Shown: positions 47,667 through 57,244 of the stretch, in pieces | Position numbering within the stretch: the first letter of the stretch is position 1 | How the letters are laid out: the number at the start of each line of letters is the position of its first letter | Assembly: GCA_050013255.1 (NCBI GenBank) | Contig: JBEKFP010000003.1 | Location: 32,001-96,000 of the forward strand | Source of the DNA: Candidatus Bathyarchaeia archaeon | Lineage (GTDB): Archaea; Thermoproteota; Bathyarchaeia; 40CM-2-53-6 | Length of the DNA: 64,000 nt | Direction: 5' to 3' | The notes under the pieces: model-generated | The model's input: the letters and a program-made list of their open reading frames with translations, nothing else | Databases searched by the model: none | Told to the model about the DNA's origin: nothing | Made by a program: the position numbers and the translations under genes

Positions 47667-50027
47667 TTAACTCTTCTTTTCTGCGCATTGCTTTCTTGCA
47701 GCGTCTAGAACGACTCTCTGTTCGACTTGGGCAACCATCCTTCGTGTGTGGACTATGACATCTGGGTTCACTGAGATGCTATCTATGCCGGATTCAACAA
47801 GAAACTTCGCGAATTCAGGATAGACGCTTGGCGCTTGGCCGCAGATGCTTACGGTTTTGCCGTAGCTGTGGGCTGTCTCGATAAGTTCCTTGATTGCCCG
47901 TTTGACAGCGAGGTTTCTTTCGTCAAACAATGGCGCCAAAACTTCATTGTCCCTGTCGGCCCCGAGTATCAGCATTGTTAGGTCATTGCTGCCAATTGAG
48001 AAACCGTCCGCACCAGCTTTGCAGAATTCATCCGCCAATATTATGTTGCTGGGAATTTCTGCCATAATCCAGAGTTTGAAATCCTCTGACTGCACCAAGC
48101 CTTCCTGTCGGAGGAGCTCACGGATTTTCACGAATTCGTCTACCGTGCGGTTGAAGGGGATCATGCACCAAAGGTTTCTCATACCCATCTCGTTTCTGAC
48201 TTTCTTGACCGCAGCAATCTCAAGCTTGAATGCGGGCTGGAACCGCGGGTCAGTGTACCGGCTCGCACCTCTCCAACCGATCAGCGGGTTCGCTTCTTTG
48301 ATGGCACCCTCATATTTTTCTCCACCTTCGAGTTTAGCGTATTCGTTCGTTTTGAAGTCACTGAAGCGCAAAACGACCGTTCTCGGATAGAATGCTCTAC
48401 AGATCGTTTCAAGTCCTGCTGACAACTTGTCAACGAATTCTTCAGGGTGCTTTTGCTCAATGAGCATCATGGGATGTTTCTTGACGTGGTCGCTTACGAT
48501 GAATTCCATCCGCAGTAGGCCCACGCCGTCGACCGGTAACTGCGAGATTCTGTTGGCTAACTCTGGTTCACCAAGGTTGACGAAGATCTTTGTCCCGGTA
48601 ACAGTAGGGTCCTTGAAAGCCGCCAATCCATCTGCTGCTGGTTGAGGTCTCGTGTCGAGCTCGGGGGTTTCTAGCACTATTCCCTTGTACACGATACCCA
48701 TCTTTGCGTCAACTGTAACCTCTTCCCCGGTCTGTATTGTGTGAGTTCCAACTTTGGTTCCCGTTATGCACGGTATTCCTAATTCGCGACTTACAATGGC
48801 GGCATGGCATGTCATACCGCCGGCATCGGTGACGATTGCCCTTGACTTCTTCATTGTCGGCACCCAGTCGGGTGTAGTCATTTCGGTGACGAGGACTTCG
48901 CCGTTCTGAAACTCGCTTACGCGATCTGCCGTTAGGATAACGTGTGCCTTACCCGCTCCGACGCCAGGCGATGATGGCAGCCCTTTAAGGATAATTTTCT
49001 TCTCCGCCGCAACGAGAGGCGTGGGTTTCTTAATTGGACTTTTCTTGAGTGACCAAACTGTTTCGGGTCTTGCTTGTAGTATTAGTAGTTTCCCGGTCTG
49101 TGAGTCAACGCCCCATTCAATGTCCATTGCGTGCCCGTAGTGTTGTTCAATAGTCAACGCATATTTGGCCAGTTCAATTACTTCTTCATCTGTGATTACT
49201 TGCCGGTCCTTGAGATCGTCTGGAACCTTCTTCTCCTCTGTTCCCCCGGTCTTATTTCTCACAAGCATGATCGTCTTCGTGGGTATTTCCTTTCGGATGA
49301 TTTTCATGCTCCCCTTATCTACGTAGTAGTCATCGGGAGTGACAGTCCCCTTCACGACGTACTCTCCTAACCCATAAGATGCCTCAACCAGGATTAAGGA
49401 TTCATCGCCATTTGTTGGATCCATGGTGAACATAACGCCGCTGGATTCGGAGTAGCACATCATTTGCACTATTGCAGAAAGTGCGACGTCTTCGTGGTTG
49501 AAGCCTTTCTCAACTCGGTAGAAGATCGCGCGGTCTGTGAACAGACTCGCATAGCATTCCTTTACGCTCTCAATCACATTGCCTACTCCAGTAACGTTAA
49601 GGTAGCTTTCCTGTTGACCTGCGAAGCTGGCGTCGGGTAGGTCTTCAGCAGTTGCAGAGCTTCTAATGGCGACGAACGGGTTCTTGACTTTCTCTCGTTC
49701 GGCGAGTTTCTCATAGCCCTCGGCTATGACTCGTTCAAGTTCCTTCGGCATCGCCGCGGAACCAATCATCCCCCTGATTTCAGCACCAACCTTCTGGAGT
49801 GTGATCGTGTCGTTTGGGTCCAGCAAGGCCTTCAGGGCAGTAGCGATCTTGGATTCCAGCCCATTCCTTGCGAGGAACAACCTGAACGCGTCAGCAGTCA
49901 GGGCGAAGCCATAAGGTACCGGAACCTTCGTCTTGGAGGTCATTTCGCCCAGGCTTGCTGATTTTCCGCCAACGAGTGGCACATCTTGCTTACTGATTTG
50001 TTCGAACCAAAGTAGAAGGGGACCCAT
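47667..50027 (-). CDS. ppsA: Phosphoenolpyruvate synthase
   Basis: VGGKSASLGEM, SSATAEDLPDASFAGQQ, GGMTCHAAI, CGQAPS. Confidence 0.97.
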   Translation of the reverse strand: MGPLLLWFEQISKQDVPLVGGKSASLGEMTSKTKVPVPYGFALTADAFRLFLARNGLESKIATALKALLDPNDTITLQKVGAEIRGMIGSAAMPKELERVIAEGYEKLAEREKVKNPFVAIRSSATAEDLPDASFAGQQESYLNVTGVGNVIESVKECYASLFTDRAIFYRVEKGFNHEDVALSAIVQMMCYSESSGVMFTMDPTNGDESLILVEASYGLGEYVVKGTVTPDDYYVDKGSMKIIRKEIPTKTIMLVRNKTGGTEEKKVPDDLKDRQVITDEEVIELAKYALTIEQHYGHAMDIEWGVDSQTGKLLILQARPETVWSLKKSPIKKPTPLVAAEKKIILKGLPSSPGVGAGKAHVILTADRVSEFQNGEVLVTEMTTPDWVPTMKKSRAIVTDAGGMTCHAAIVSRELGIPCITGTKVGTHTIQTGEEVTVDAKMGIVYKGIVLETPELDTRPQPAADGLAAFKDPTVTGTKIFVNLGEPELANRISQLPVDGVGLLRMEFIVSDHVKKHPMMLIEQKHPEEFVDKLSAGLETICRAFYPRTVVLRFSDFKTNEYAKLEGGEKYEGAIKEANPLIGWRGASRYTDPRFQPAFKLEIAAVKKVRNEMGMRNLWCMIPFNRTVDEFVKIRELLRQEGLVQSEDFKLWIMAEIPSNIILADEFCKAGADGFSIGSNDLTMLILGADRDNEVLAPLFDERNLAVKRAIKELIETAHSYGKTVSICGQAPSVYPEFAKFLVESGIDSISVNPDVIVHTRRMVAQVEQRVVLDAARKQCAEKKS

Positions 50028-50213
50028 GTTTCAATTCCTCTGTCAGTCTCTTTGAAAGGTAACACTTCTGGGCGGAAGCCTTCAGAATAAGTAATATCTA
50101 CGTACGGTAAATACGGGAACTTACATTGACAGGCGGCCTTCAAATCGAGCCCGATTACGACAACCCCATCGCCACTTCTCCGAGATACACGCTGTAACTC
50201 AGGATAGAAGTTC

Positions 50214-52883
50214 TTGAGGAGATACGGTTTGTACGTCTACTTGTTTGAAGAAGGCACCACGAGGCTCCGGAACCTCCTTGGCGGCAAGGGGGCAGATTTA
50301 GCGGAGATGACAGGCCTCGGCCTCCCTGTCCCCCCTGGCATGACCATAACAACCGAGGCATGCAACTACTACAATTCTCACGGGTCAAAGTTCCCAGATG
50401 GGCTTGAAGACGAAATCCGCGTGAAAATAAAAGCCCTCGAATCGAGAACTCAAAAAACCTTCGGAGACGCTGCAAATCCGCTGCTAGTTTCCGTTCGGTC
50501 CGGTGCACCAATCTCAATGCCGGGAATGATGGATACTGTACTCAACCTTGGCTTGAACGACAAAACAGTGAAAGGTGTCATCCGACAGACGAGCAACGAA
50601 CGATTTGCGTACGACGACTACAGACGTTTCGTTCAGATGTTCGGTAAAGTGGTGCTCGGGGTCAAGGGCGACGGCTTCGAGTTAATCATTCGGCAACACA
50701 AAGAAAAGTTGGGTGTGAAATCCGATGTTGAGGTCGATGCGACAACTTGGGCGTCACTGGTTCAAGAATTCAAAGGTCTCATCAAAAAAGAGACGGGACA
50801 GGACTATCCCGAGGATCCGTGGACTCAACTGCAGATGGCGGTTGCGGCGGTCTTCCGATCATGGAATGGTCAAAGGGCTGTCTTCTACCGCTTGACCAAC
50901 AAGATTCCTGAAACGCTAGGGACGGCCGTCAACGTTCAGACCATGGTCTTCGGAAACATGGGGGCTGATTCAGGGACCGGCGTTTGTTTTACGAGAAACC
51001 CTTCATCGGGGGAACCAAAGCTGTTTGGCGAGTTTCTCATGAACGCACAGGGCGAGGATGTGGTTGCCGGAATCAGAACGCCTAAGCCAATAGCCCAACT
51101 AGCCGATGAAATGCCCACTGTCTATAGCCAATTGCTTGACGTGTGCAAACTCCTCGAACGCCATTTCAGGGAAATGCAAGATATCGAATTCACAGTTGAA
51201 AGAGGAAAACTATTCATTCTTCAAACCCGCTCAGGGAAGCGAACCGCCCCCGCCGCCATTCGAATTGCTGTTGATATGGTCAAAGAAAGGCTGCTTACCA
51301 AGCAACAGGCACTGCTTCGGATTCTACCCTCGCACCTCGAACACATTGTGCACAAGCAGATTGATCCAGGATTCAACGCTAAACCAATAGCAACTGGTCT
51401 ACCCGCGTCGCCTGGGGCTGCAACTGGGAAAGTGATTTTCGATACTGACGAAGCTCACTCTTTGGGCTCCAGCGGGGAGGACGTCATACTCGTTAGGGAG
51501 GAGACCACGCCAGAGGACATCCACGGGATGGTTGCTGCTAAGGGCGTGCTCACGAGCAGGGGAGGGATGACCTCTCATGCGGCGGTCGTAGCCCGCGGGA
51601 TGGGAAAGCCCGCCGTTGTTGGTTGCGAACAGATAAGAATTGATCTGGCCACTGATTCTATGCAGACGCGCAAGGTTACGGTAAAGAAGAATGACATAAT
51701 CACAATCGATGGGACGACTGGTAATGTGCTGCTCGGTACTGTGCCCACAATTGAACCGAGGCTGAGTGCTGAAGCTCAGCAGTTGTTAAGCTGGGCAGAT
51801 GAGACTCGAAAACTCGGAGTCAGGGGGAACGCTGACACTCCAGAAGGGGCTGCGTTGGCCAGGGAGTTTGGGGCAGGCGGGATTGGCCTTTGCAGAACCG
51901 AACGAATGTTCAACGAACAGGACCGGCTTCCACTCGTCCAAGAGATGATACTCTCCACAACCGAAGAGGACCGTTTCCGCGCCTTAGAGAAGTTGAGGCC
52001 TCTACAGAAAGAGGATTTCAAACAAATACTCCGCAATATGCATGACCTACCGGTTACGATCCGATTACTGGACCTTCCACTCCACGAGTTTCTACCCAAA
52101 TACGAAGAATTGGCAGCCGAAGTTGCCTCGCTGAAGGCGACAGGCGGTGACGCGGAATTGCTGGATTCAAAGGAACGAATGCTCAGGAAAGTCATGACGT
52201 TGGCTGAACATAATCCCATGCTAGGCCATAGGGGCTGCAGACTAGCGATAAGCCACCCTGAAATTTACGAGATGCAAACTCGTGCAATCTTCGAAGCCGC
52301 GGGCGAATTGCAAAGCGAAGGAGTTAGAGTTCGAGTGGAAATCATGCTCCCCCTAGTTGGAGCCGCCAATGAGATTCGGTTCCTGCGCGAAAAGATAACC
52401 TCCGTGGCCTCTAAGGTAATGGAGGAGAAGCGCATCAGTATCGACTACAAGATCGGGACCATGATAGAAGTTCCTAGAGCTGCATTGACGGCGGACGAGA
52501 TAGCCCGCTATGCTGATTTCTTCTCCTTCGGGACAAACGATCTCACGCAGGCGACATTTGCATTCAGCAGGGATGATGCAGAAGCGAAGTTCTTCAAGGA
52601 CTATTTCGACAAGAAGATCCTGAACTTCAACCCATTCGAGGTTCTTGACAGAGAAGGCGTTGGTAGGTTAATGCGCCTGGCAGTGGAGGCGGGTAGGAAG
52701 AGCAATCCGCAGCTAAAGGTTGGCATTTGTGGTGAACACGGCGGGGAGCCAAGCTCAGTTGAATTCTGCCATCAACTGCACCTCGACTATGTTAGTTGTT
52801 CCCCCTACAGAGTCCCCGTTGCACGCCTCGTCGCAGCCCAAGCAGAAGCCAGGGAGAGAGTGATTTCAACCAGCGAAAACTGA
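50214..52883 (+). CDS. ppdK: Pyruvate, phosphate dikinase
   Basis: SMPGMMDTVLNLG, GGMTSHAAV, GIGLCRTE, CGEHGG. Confidence 0.97.
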   Translation: MRRYGLYVYLFEEGTTRLRNLLGGKGADLAEMTGLGLPVPPGMTITTEACNYYNSHGSKFPDGLEDEIRVKIKALESRTQKTFGDAANPLLVSVRSGAPISMPGMMDTVLNLGLNDKTVKGVIRQTSNERFAYDDYRRFVQMFGKVVLGVKGDGFELIIRQHKEKLGVKSDVEVDATTWASLVQEFKGLIKKETGQDYPEDPWTQLQMAVAAVFRSWNGQRAVFYRLTNKIPETLGTAVNVQTMVFGNMGADSGTGVCFTRNPSSGEPKLFGEFLMNAQGEDVVAGIRTPKPIAQLADEMPTVYSQLLDVCKLLERHFREMQDIEFTVERGKLFILQTRSGKRTAPAAIRIAVDMVKERLLTKQQALLRILPSHLEHIVHKQIDPGFNAKPIATGLPASPGAATGKVIFDTDEAHSLGSSGEDVILVREETTPEDIHGMVAAKGVLTSRGGMTSHAAVVARGMGKPAVVGCEQIRIDLATDSMQTRKVTVKKNDIITIDGTTGNVLLGTVPTIEPRLSAEAQQLLSWADETRKLGVRGNADTPEGAALAREFGAGGIGLCRTERMFNEQDRLPLVQEMILSTTEEDRFRALEKLRPLQKEDFKQILRNMHDLPVTIRLLDLPLHEFLPKYEELAAEVASLKATGGDAELLDSKERMLRKVMTLAEHNPMLGHRGCRLAISHPEIYEMQTRAIFEAAGELQSEGVRVRVEIMLPLVGAANEIRFLREKITSVASKVMEEKRISIDYKIGTMIEVPRAALTADEIARYADFFSFGTNDLTQATFAFSRDDAEAKFFKDYFDKKILNFNPFEVLDREGVGRLMRLAVEAGRKSNPQLKVGICGEHGGEPSSVEFCHQLHLDYVSCSPYRVPVARLVAAQAEARERVISTSEN

Positions 52884-52950
52884 TTACGGCCATCAAAAGC
52901 GATCTGTTCAATATCACAACAGCATAAGTTGCGATTTCAGGTAGAAATCG

Positions 52951-54672
52951 TTGTCTGAGACCCGACCAACCGTCATGGGTACACGTGGTGCCATTACTAC
53001 CTCAAACTACATGGCTACATCGGCCGGATTCGAAATCCTTCTAGCCGGGGGAAACGCAATCGACGCTTCCATTGCTGCAGGATTGGCGCTGCATGTCGTC
53101 GAACCACATATGAATGGGATCGGCGGCGAAACCCCAATACTTCTGTACTCTGCTAGAAAGCGTAGAATCTTTGCCATATCAGGGCAAGGGCCTGCCCCAA
53201 AGGCTGCGACTCTCGAATTCTTCCAAGGAAACGGAATCAGGTTAATCCCAGGGGACGGGCTTCTTCCCGCAACGGTCCCCGCGTCCTTCGACGCTTGGAT
53301 TACTTGCCTAAGGTTTTTTGGAACGATGACTCTCGGGGAAGTAATTGCCCCCGCCATTAGACTGGCCGAGGAAGGTTTTCCGGTGTATGCCGCGCTTCAT
53401 CAGAATGTGACGCGACACGCCAAGCGTTTTCTCAGCGAATGGCCTACAACTGCAAGAATCTATCTTCCGCGCGGCAGAGCCCCTCGAATTGGCGAGGTTC
53501 TGAGACAAAAAGAACTGGCAAAGACTCTTCGCAACCTAGCGGAGGCGGAGCGGCGCGCTGGGAAGGACAGAGAGAAGGGGCTCGAAGCAGCGAAACGCTG
53601 TTTCTACGAAGGGCCCATCGCGCGAAAGATAGCGCAGTTCGCGGCAAAACGATCATTCAAGGATGCAACCGGAAAGTATCACAACGGGTTAATCACCCTG
53701 GAAGATCTTGCCGACTACAAGACGAGACTAGAGAAAACTGTGAACATAGTCTACAAGGGCGTAACCGTGCATAAGTGTGGACCCTGGAGCCAAGGACCTG
53801 TTCTCCTCCAACAGTTACGCTTGCTCGAAGGCTATGATCTAAGAAGGCTTCGACACAACTCAGCCGATTATATTCATCTAATCACGGAAGCGTCTAAGCT
53901 TGCTTTCGCGGATCGGGAGGCTTTCTACGGTGACCCGCTCTACACCGACGTCCCTCTCACAAGACTGCTTTCGCGTGGCTATTCTAGGAAGAGGAAGGAG
54001 CTCATCGACATGAGAAAGGCGTCACTAACGCTCCGGCCAGGCAGCGAATCTCACATCCCCGTTGCAGAGGGTACTACGTTCTATGCCGGTGACACAACCC
54101 ACCTTGATGCCGTCGACTCAGATGGTAACATGGTTTCTGCAACTCCTAGCGGGGGGTGGATTTGGGGTTCTCCAGTGATCGAGGGTCTGGGGTTCCCGCT
54201 TGGAACGCGAGGCCAAATGTTCTCATTGGACGCCGCTCACCCGAATTGTATCGCGCCAGGGAAACGCCCGCGAACAACGTTAACTCCAAGCCTCATCACT
54301 TCGAAAAGGCGACCTGTTCTGGCCTTTGGGACGCCTGGCGGGGACCAACAAGACCAGTGGGCACTTCAATTCTTTCTCAATTTCGTGGAGTTCGGCATGG
54401 GTCTCCAGGGAGCCATTGATGCCCCATCATTCCATAATCAGCATTTTCCAAGCTCCTTCTATCCCAGAAAGGCAGAACTTGGCAGCCTGTACTTGGAAGG
54501 GCGAATACCCACAGGGATCGTGAACGAATTGAGGAGCCGAGGTCATAACGTGATTGTCCAAGGTGATTGGGTGAACGGCCGTATGACAGCAGTACATTAT
54601 GATTGGGAGAATCATGTGGTGAGCGCTGCGGCCTCGTCGCGATATCAGACGGCCTACGCATTAGCACACTAA
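52951..54672 (+). CDS. ggt: Gamma-glutamyltransferase family protein
   Basis: GGNAIDA, DTTH nucleophile, PGKRPRTTLTP, GTPGGD. Confidence 0.92.
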   Translation: MSETRPTVMGTRGAITTSNYMATSAGFEILLAGGNAIDASIAAGLALHVVEPHMNGIGGETPILLYSARKRRIFAISGQGPAPKAATLEFFQGNGIRLIPGDGLLPATVPASFDAWITCLRFFGTMTLGEVIAPAIRLAEEGFPVYAALHQNVTRHAKRFLSEWPTTARIYLPRGRAPRIGEVLRQKELAKTLRNLAEAERRAGKDREKGLEAAKRCFYEGPIARKIAQFAAKRSFKDATGKYHNGLITLEDLADYKTRLEKTVNIVYKGVTVHKCGPWSQGPVLLQQLRLLEGYDLRRLRHNSADYIHLITEASKLAFADREAFYGDPLYTDVPLTRLLSRGYSRKRKELIDMRKASLTLRPGSESHIPVAEGTTFYAGDTTHLDAVDSDGNMVSATPSGGWIWGSPVIEGLGFPLGTRGQMFSLDAAHPNCIAPGKRPRTTLTPSLITSKRRPVLAFGTPGGDQQDQWALQFFLNFVEFGMGLQGAIDAPSFHNQHFPSSFYPRKAELGSLYLEGRIPTGIVNELRSRGHNVIVQGDWVNGRMTAVHYDWENHVVSAAASSRYQTAYALAH

Positions 54673-54740
54673 CACGAATGACTCTCGACGCGGCATGGAA
54701 AGACAAGAGCACGCGGGTTAGATACCGACTACAGTCGTAG

Positions 54741-54772
54741 TGGTGCGCCGGGAGAGATTTGAACTCTCGACC
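54741..54772 (-). other. Orphan tRNA 3' half
   Basis: GGTC GAGAG-TTCAAAT-CTCTC CCGGCGC A CCA; no matching 5' half seen nearby. Confidence 0.75.
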
Positions 54773-54878
54773 GCCTTTCGCTGCCAATGACCGAGTCTCA
54801 CATGACCTTCAACCAGAATCCATGATTGGACCTTTATCGGCGGAGAGAGGCTTGGACACTGCAGGCAATGAATCGTGG

Positions 54879-55823
54879 GTGGGACTTCTAACGGACAGCT
54901 CAAATTACCCAGTGGTTGAGGCGAAAGGCCTACAGAAAAGCTTCGACGGAGTCGAAGCGGTTCGGGGCATTAGCTTTGCAGTCCCTAAAGGCGAATGCTT
55001 TGGTTTCCTCGGCCCCAACGGGGCAGGGAAAACGACGACTATGAGGATTATAGGATGCGTTTCGCCATCAACCGCTGGTTCGTTTCACGTCTTCGGTTTG
55101 GATCCGAGTCGATCTCTAAGGGAAATCAAGAGACGGATTGGAGTCGTACCTCAGGAATCAAATTTAGACGAGGCATTGCCGGTTGAGGAGAACCTGACTG
55201 TCTACGCTCGATTCTTCAACGTGCCGTCACAATTAGCCAATCGACGGGCTAAGGAGCTGCTCAGCTTCATGGAGTTGACGGAGAAGAGGAATGCAAAGGT
55301 CGCCGACCTATCGGGAGGCATGAAGAGACGACTACTCATTTCTAGGGCACTAATGAGCGACCCTGAATTGTTGATTCTTGATGAGCCGACAACCGGGCTC
55401 GACCCCCAGGCGCGGCATCTCGTCTGGGACAAATTATTTGAGTTAAAAGGGCGTGGGGTCACGCAGATAATCACGACACACTACATGGACGAAGCTCAAC
55501 AGCTGTGTGATAGGATCGTTATCATGGATCGAGGGTTGATAATGGAAGAGGGCAGGCCGAACGAACTGGTGGAGAAGCACATTGGCCGAGAAGTCCTCGA
55601 GATGAGATTGCCTGAGAAGCTCATTTCTGAAATACCGAAGGATGATCCTTTGATTCGAGGGTTTGATACCGCCAAGGATCTATTGATCCTATATTCGAAC
55701 AAAGCTGATGCGCTATTAGACAAGATTCAGGCGATGGGTGTCAAAGCAGATTACGCGATTGTCCGGAGAAGCACATTAGAAGATGTTTTTCTAAAGCTAA
55801 CAGGTAGGCGTTTGACCGAATGA
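54879..55823 (+). CDS. ABC transporter ATP-binding protein (NodI/DrrA-like)
   Basis: GPNGAGKTT, LSGGMKRR, LDEPTTGLDPQAR; start revised. Confidence 0.95.
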   Translation: MGLLTDSSNYPVVEAKGLQKSFDGVEAVRGISFAVPKGECFGFLGPNGAGKTTTMRIIGCVSPSTAGSFHVFGLDPSRSLREIKRRIGVVPQESNLDEALPVEENLTVYARFFNVPSQLANRRAKELLSFMELTEKRNAKVADLSGGMKRRLLISRALMSDPELLILDEPTTGLDPQARHLVWDKLFELKGRGVTQIITTHYMDEAQQLCDRIVIMDRGLIMEEGRPNELVEKHIGREVLEMRLPEKLISEIPKDDPLIRGFDTAKDLLILYSNKADALLDKIQAMGVKADYAIVRRSTLEDVFLKLTGRRLTE

Positions 55824-56602
55824 ACCCATTCAAGCCCGTGAGGTTCTCGCCACGTCAGGCGTTTAGGGTCTGGCAGCGGGAGGTCAGCGTCTACAGACAT
55901 GTCTACAAGTCGACTATAATTTCGAATCTTATGGATCCGTTGGTGTATCTGCTCGCCTTAGGTTTTGGCTTGGGTGCGTACGTTACGCGAATTGAGGGGT
56001 TGTCCTACATTCAGTTCATTGCGCCTGGGCTAATTGCTTCATCGATAATGACGGCTGCGTCGTTCGAGACAACCATAAACACGTTCGTTCGAATCAATTT
56101 CGACAAAGTGTATGAAGCCATGATGGCGACCCCCGTAACTGTGGAAGACATCGTCGTGGGCGAATTGTTTTGGGCCACAACGAGGAGCACAATTTACGCA
56201 ACCGTGATGCTTGTTGTTGTCGTCGCCCTCGGGCTCGTGCATTCTTGGTTTGCGATATTCGTGCCTTTCATGGGCGTACTAGGAGGTTTAATGTTCGCAG
56301 TTATCGGCTTAACCTATACTTCATTCTTGAAGAGCATATATCACGTGAACTACTTCTTCACCCTCTTTGTCACCCCGCTCTTCCTTTTCTCGGGAGTTTT
56401 CTATCCGTTGGATCCGCTACCGCAAATTGTGAAGGACATAGCATTCTTCAGTCCACTGTACCACCTTGTTAGCGTAGTTCGACCGTTGGTTCTCGGAAAT
56501 GTCGGTATGCCCGTCCTGTTTGATCTCGCTTGGATTCTTGTGTTCCTCGCAATATTCACAGCAGTCCCAGTGAATTTGCTCCGAAGAAAACTAGTCAAGT
56601 AA
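55820..56602 (+). CDS. ABC-2 permease (NodJ-like)
   Basis: YIQFIAPG, PLFLFSGVFYP. Confidence 0.92.
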   Translation: MNPFKPVRFSPRQAFRVWQREVSVYRHVYKSTIISNLMDPLVYLLALGFGLGAYVTRIEGLSYIQFIAPGLIASSIMTAASFETTINTFVRINFDKVYEAMMATPVTVEDIVVGELFWATTRSTIYATVMLVVVVALGLVHSWFAIFVPFMGVLGGLMFAVIGLTYTSFLKSIYHVNYFFTLFVTPLFLFSGVFYPLDPLPQIVKDIAFFSPLYHLVSVVRPLVLGNVGMPVLFDLAWILVFLAIFTAVPVNLLRRKLVK

Positions 56603-56607
56603 CTTAG

Positions 56608-56703
56608 TGGGCCGGGCCGGACTTGAACCGGCGACCATCTGCGCTCGGAACATTTGGTGGTGTTTGTCAGGCAGATATCCTAACCAGGCTAGACGACCGG
56701 CCC
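56608..56703 (-). tRNA. tRNA-Val(GAC) with 21-nt intron at 37/38 (56644-56664)
   Basis: Acceptor GGGCCGG/CCGGCCC, anticodon stem TCTGC/GCAGA, loop CT-GAC-A^C, T-arm GCCGG TTCAAGT CCGGC. Confidence 0.93.
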
Positions 56704-56852
56704 AAAGTGGCGCTGAATGAAGGACGCAGAGAAATAAAGACTACCCAATAGGTTGCAATGGTTCCGAGAATCCGGTGAGCCTAAGGTTAACTCGAAGCGC
56801 CCTTAGGGTGCCTTCGTTAAGAAATCGAAAGGTCTTTTTGTGAAGAAGAGAA

Positions 56853-57227
56853 TTGTGGAAGGAGCTGGTAAGGTTGCCTAGACTTTACGACCAGATAATG
56901 CGTTTTGATAAACAGGTCCGCTTCGCCGCCATCGTAGATGGCCACGGCCGAATCTTGGAAGGGGGCATGCGTGAGGGCGTTCAGCCAATCGAACCCCTCG
57001 AAAAGACACCACACCTAATTGCGATGTTGGTCTCATTTCAGAAAGCTGAAGACCTGGCAGATTTCTTCGGCAGACCCGAGTATTCAATCCTGGTTCATGA
57101 GAAAATAATGGCCCTGCTCTTTCGTTCGGAGAAGAAGTTCGTGCTTGTCACGGCGGACAGGAAATTCGGCGTGAACAAGATTGCAAAGTTACGGAACTTG
57201 ATTGTGAAAAAGCGCCAAAAGCGCTGA
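56853..57227 (+). CDS. Roadblock/profilin-like (DUF6659-like) protein
   Basis: VRFAAIVD..GRILEGGMREG pattern. Confidence 0.65.
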   Translation: MWKELVRLPRLYDQIMRFDKQVRFAAIVDGHGRILEGGMREGVQPIEPLEKTPHLIAMLVSFQKAEDLADFFGRPEYSILVHEKIMALLFRSEKKFVLVTADRKFGVNKIAKLRNLIVKKRQKR

Positions 57228-57244
57228 ACATGTCCAGGATGCTG

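Noticed and set aside
54741-56703. tRNA-Val(GAC) and the 54741 fragment as attL/attR around the ABC genes
   Set aside because: T-stems differ completely (GCCGG vs GAGAG) while both remain paired, so they derive from different tRNAs.
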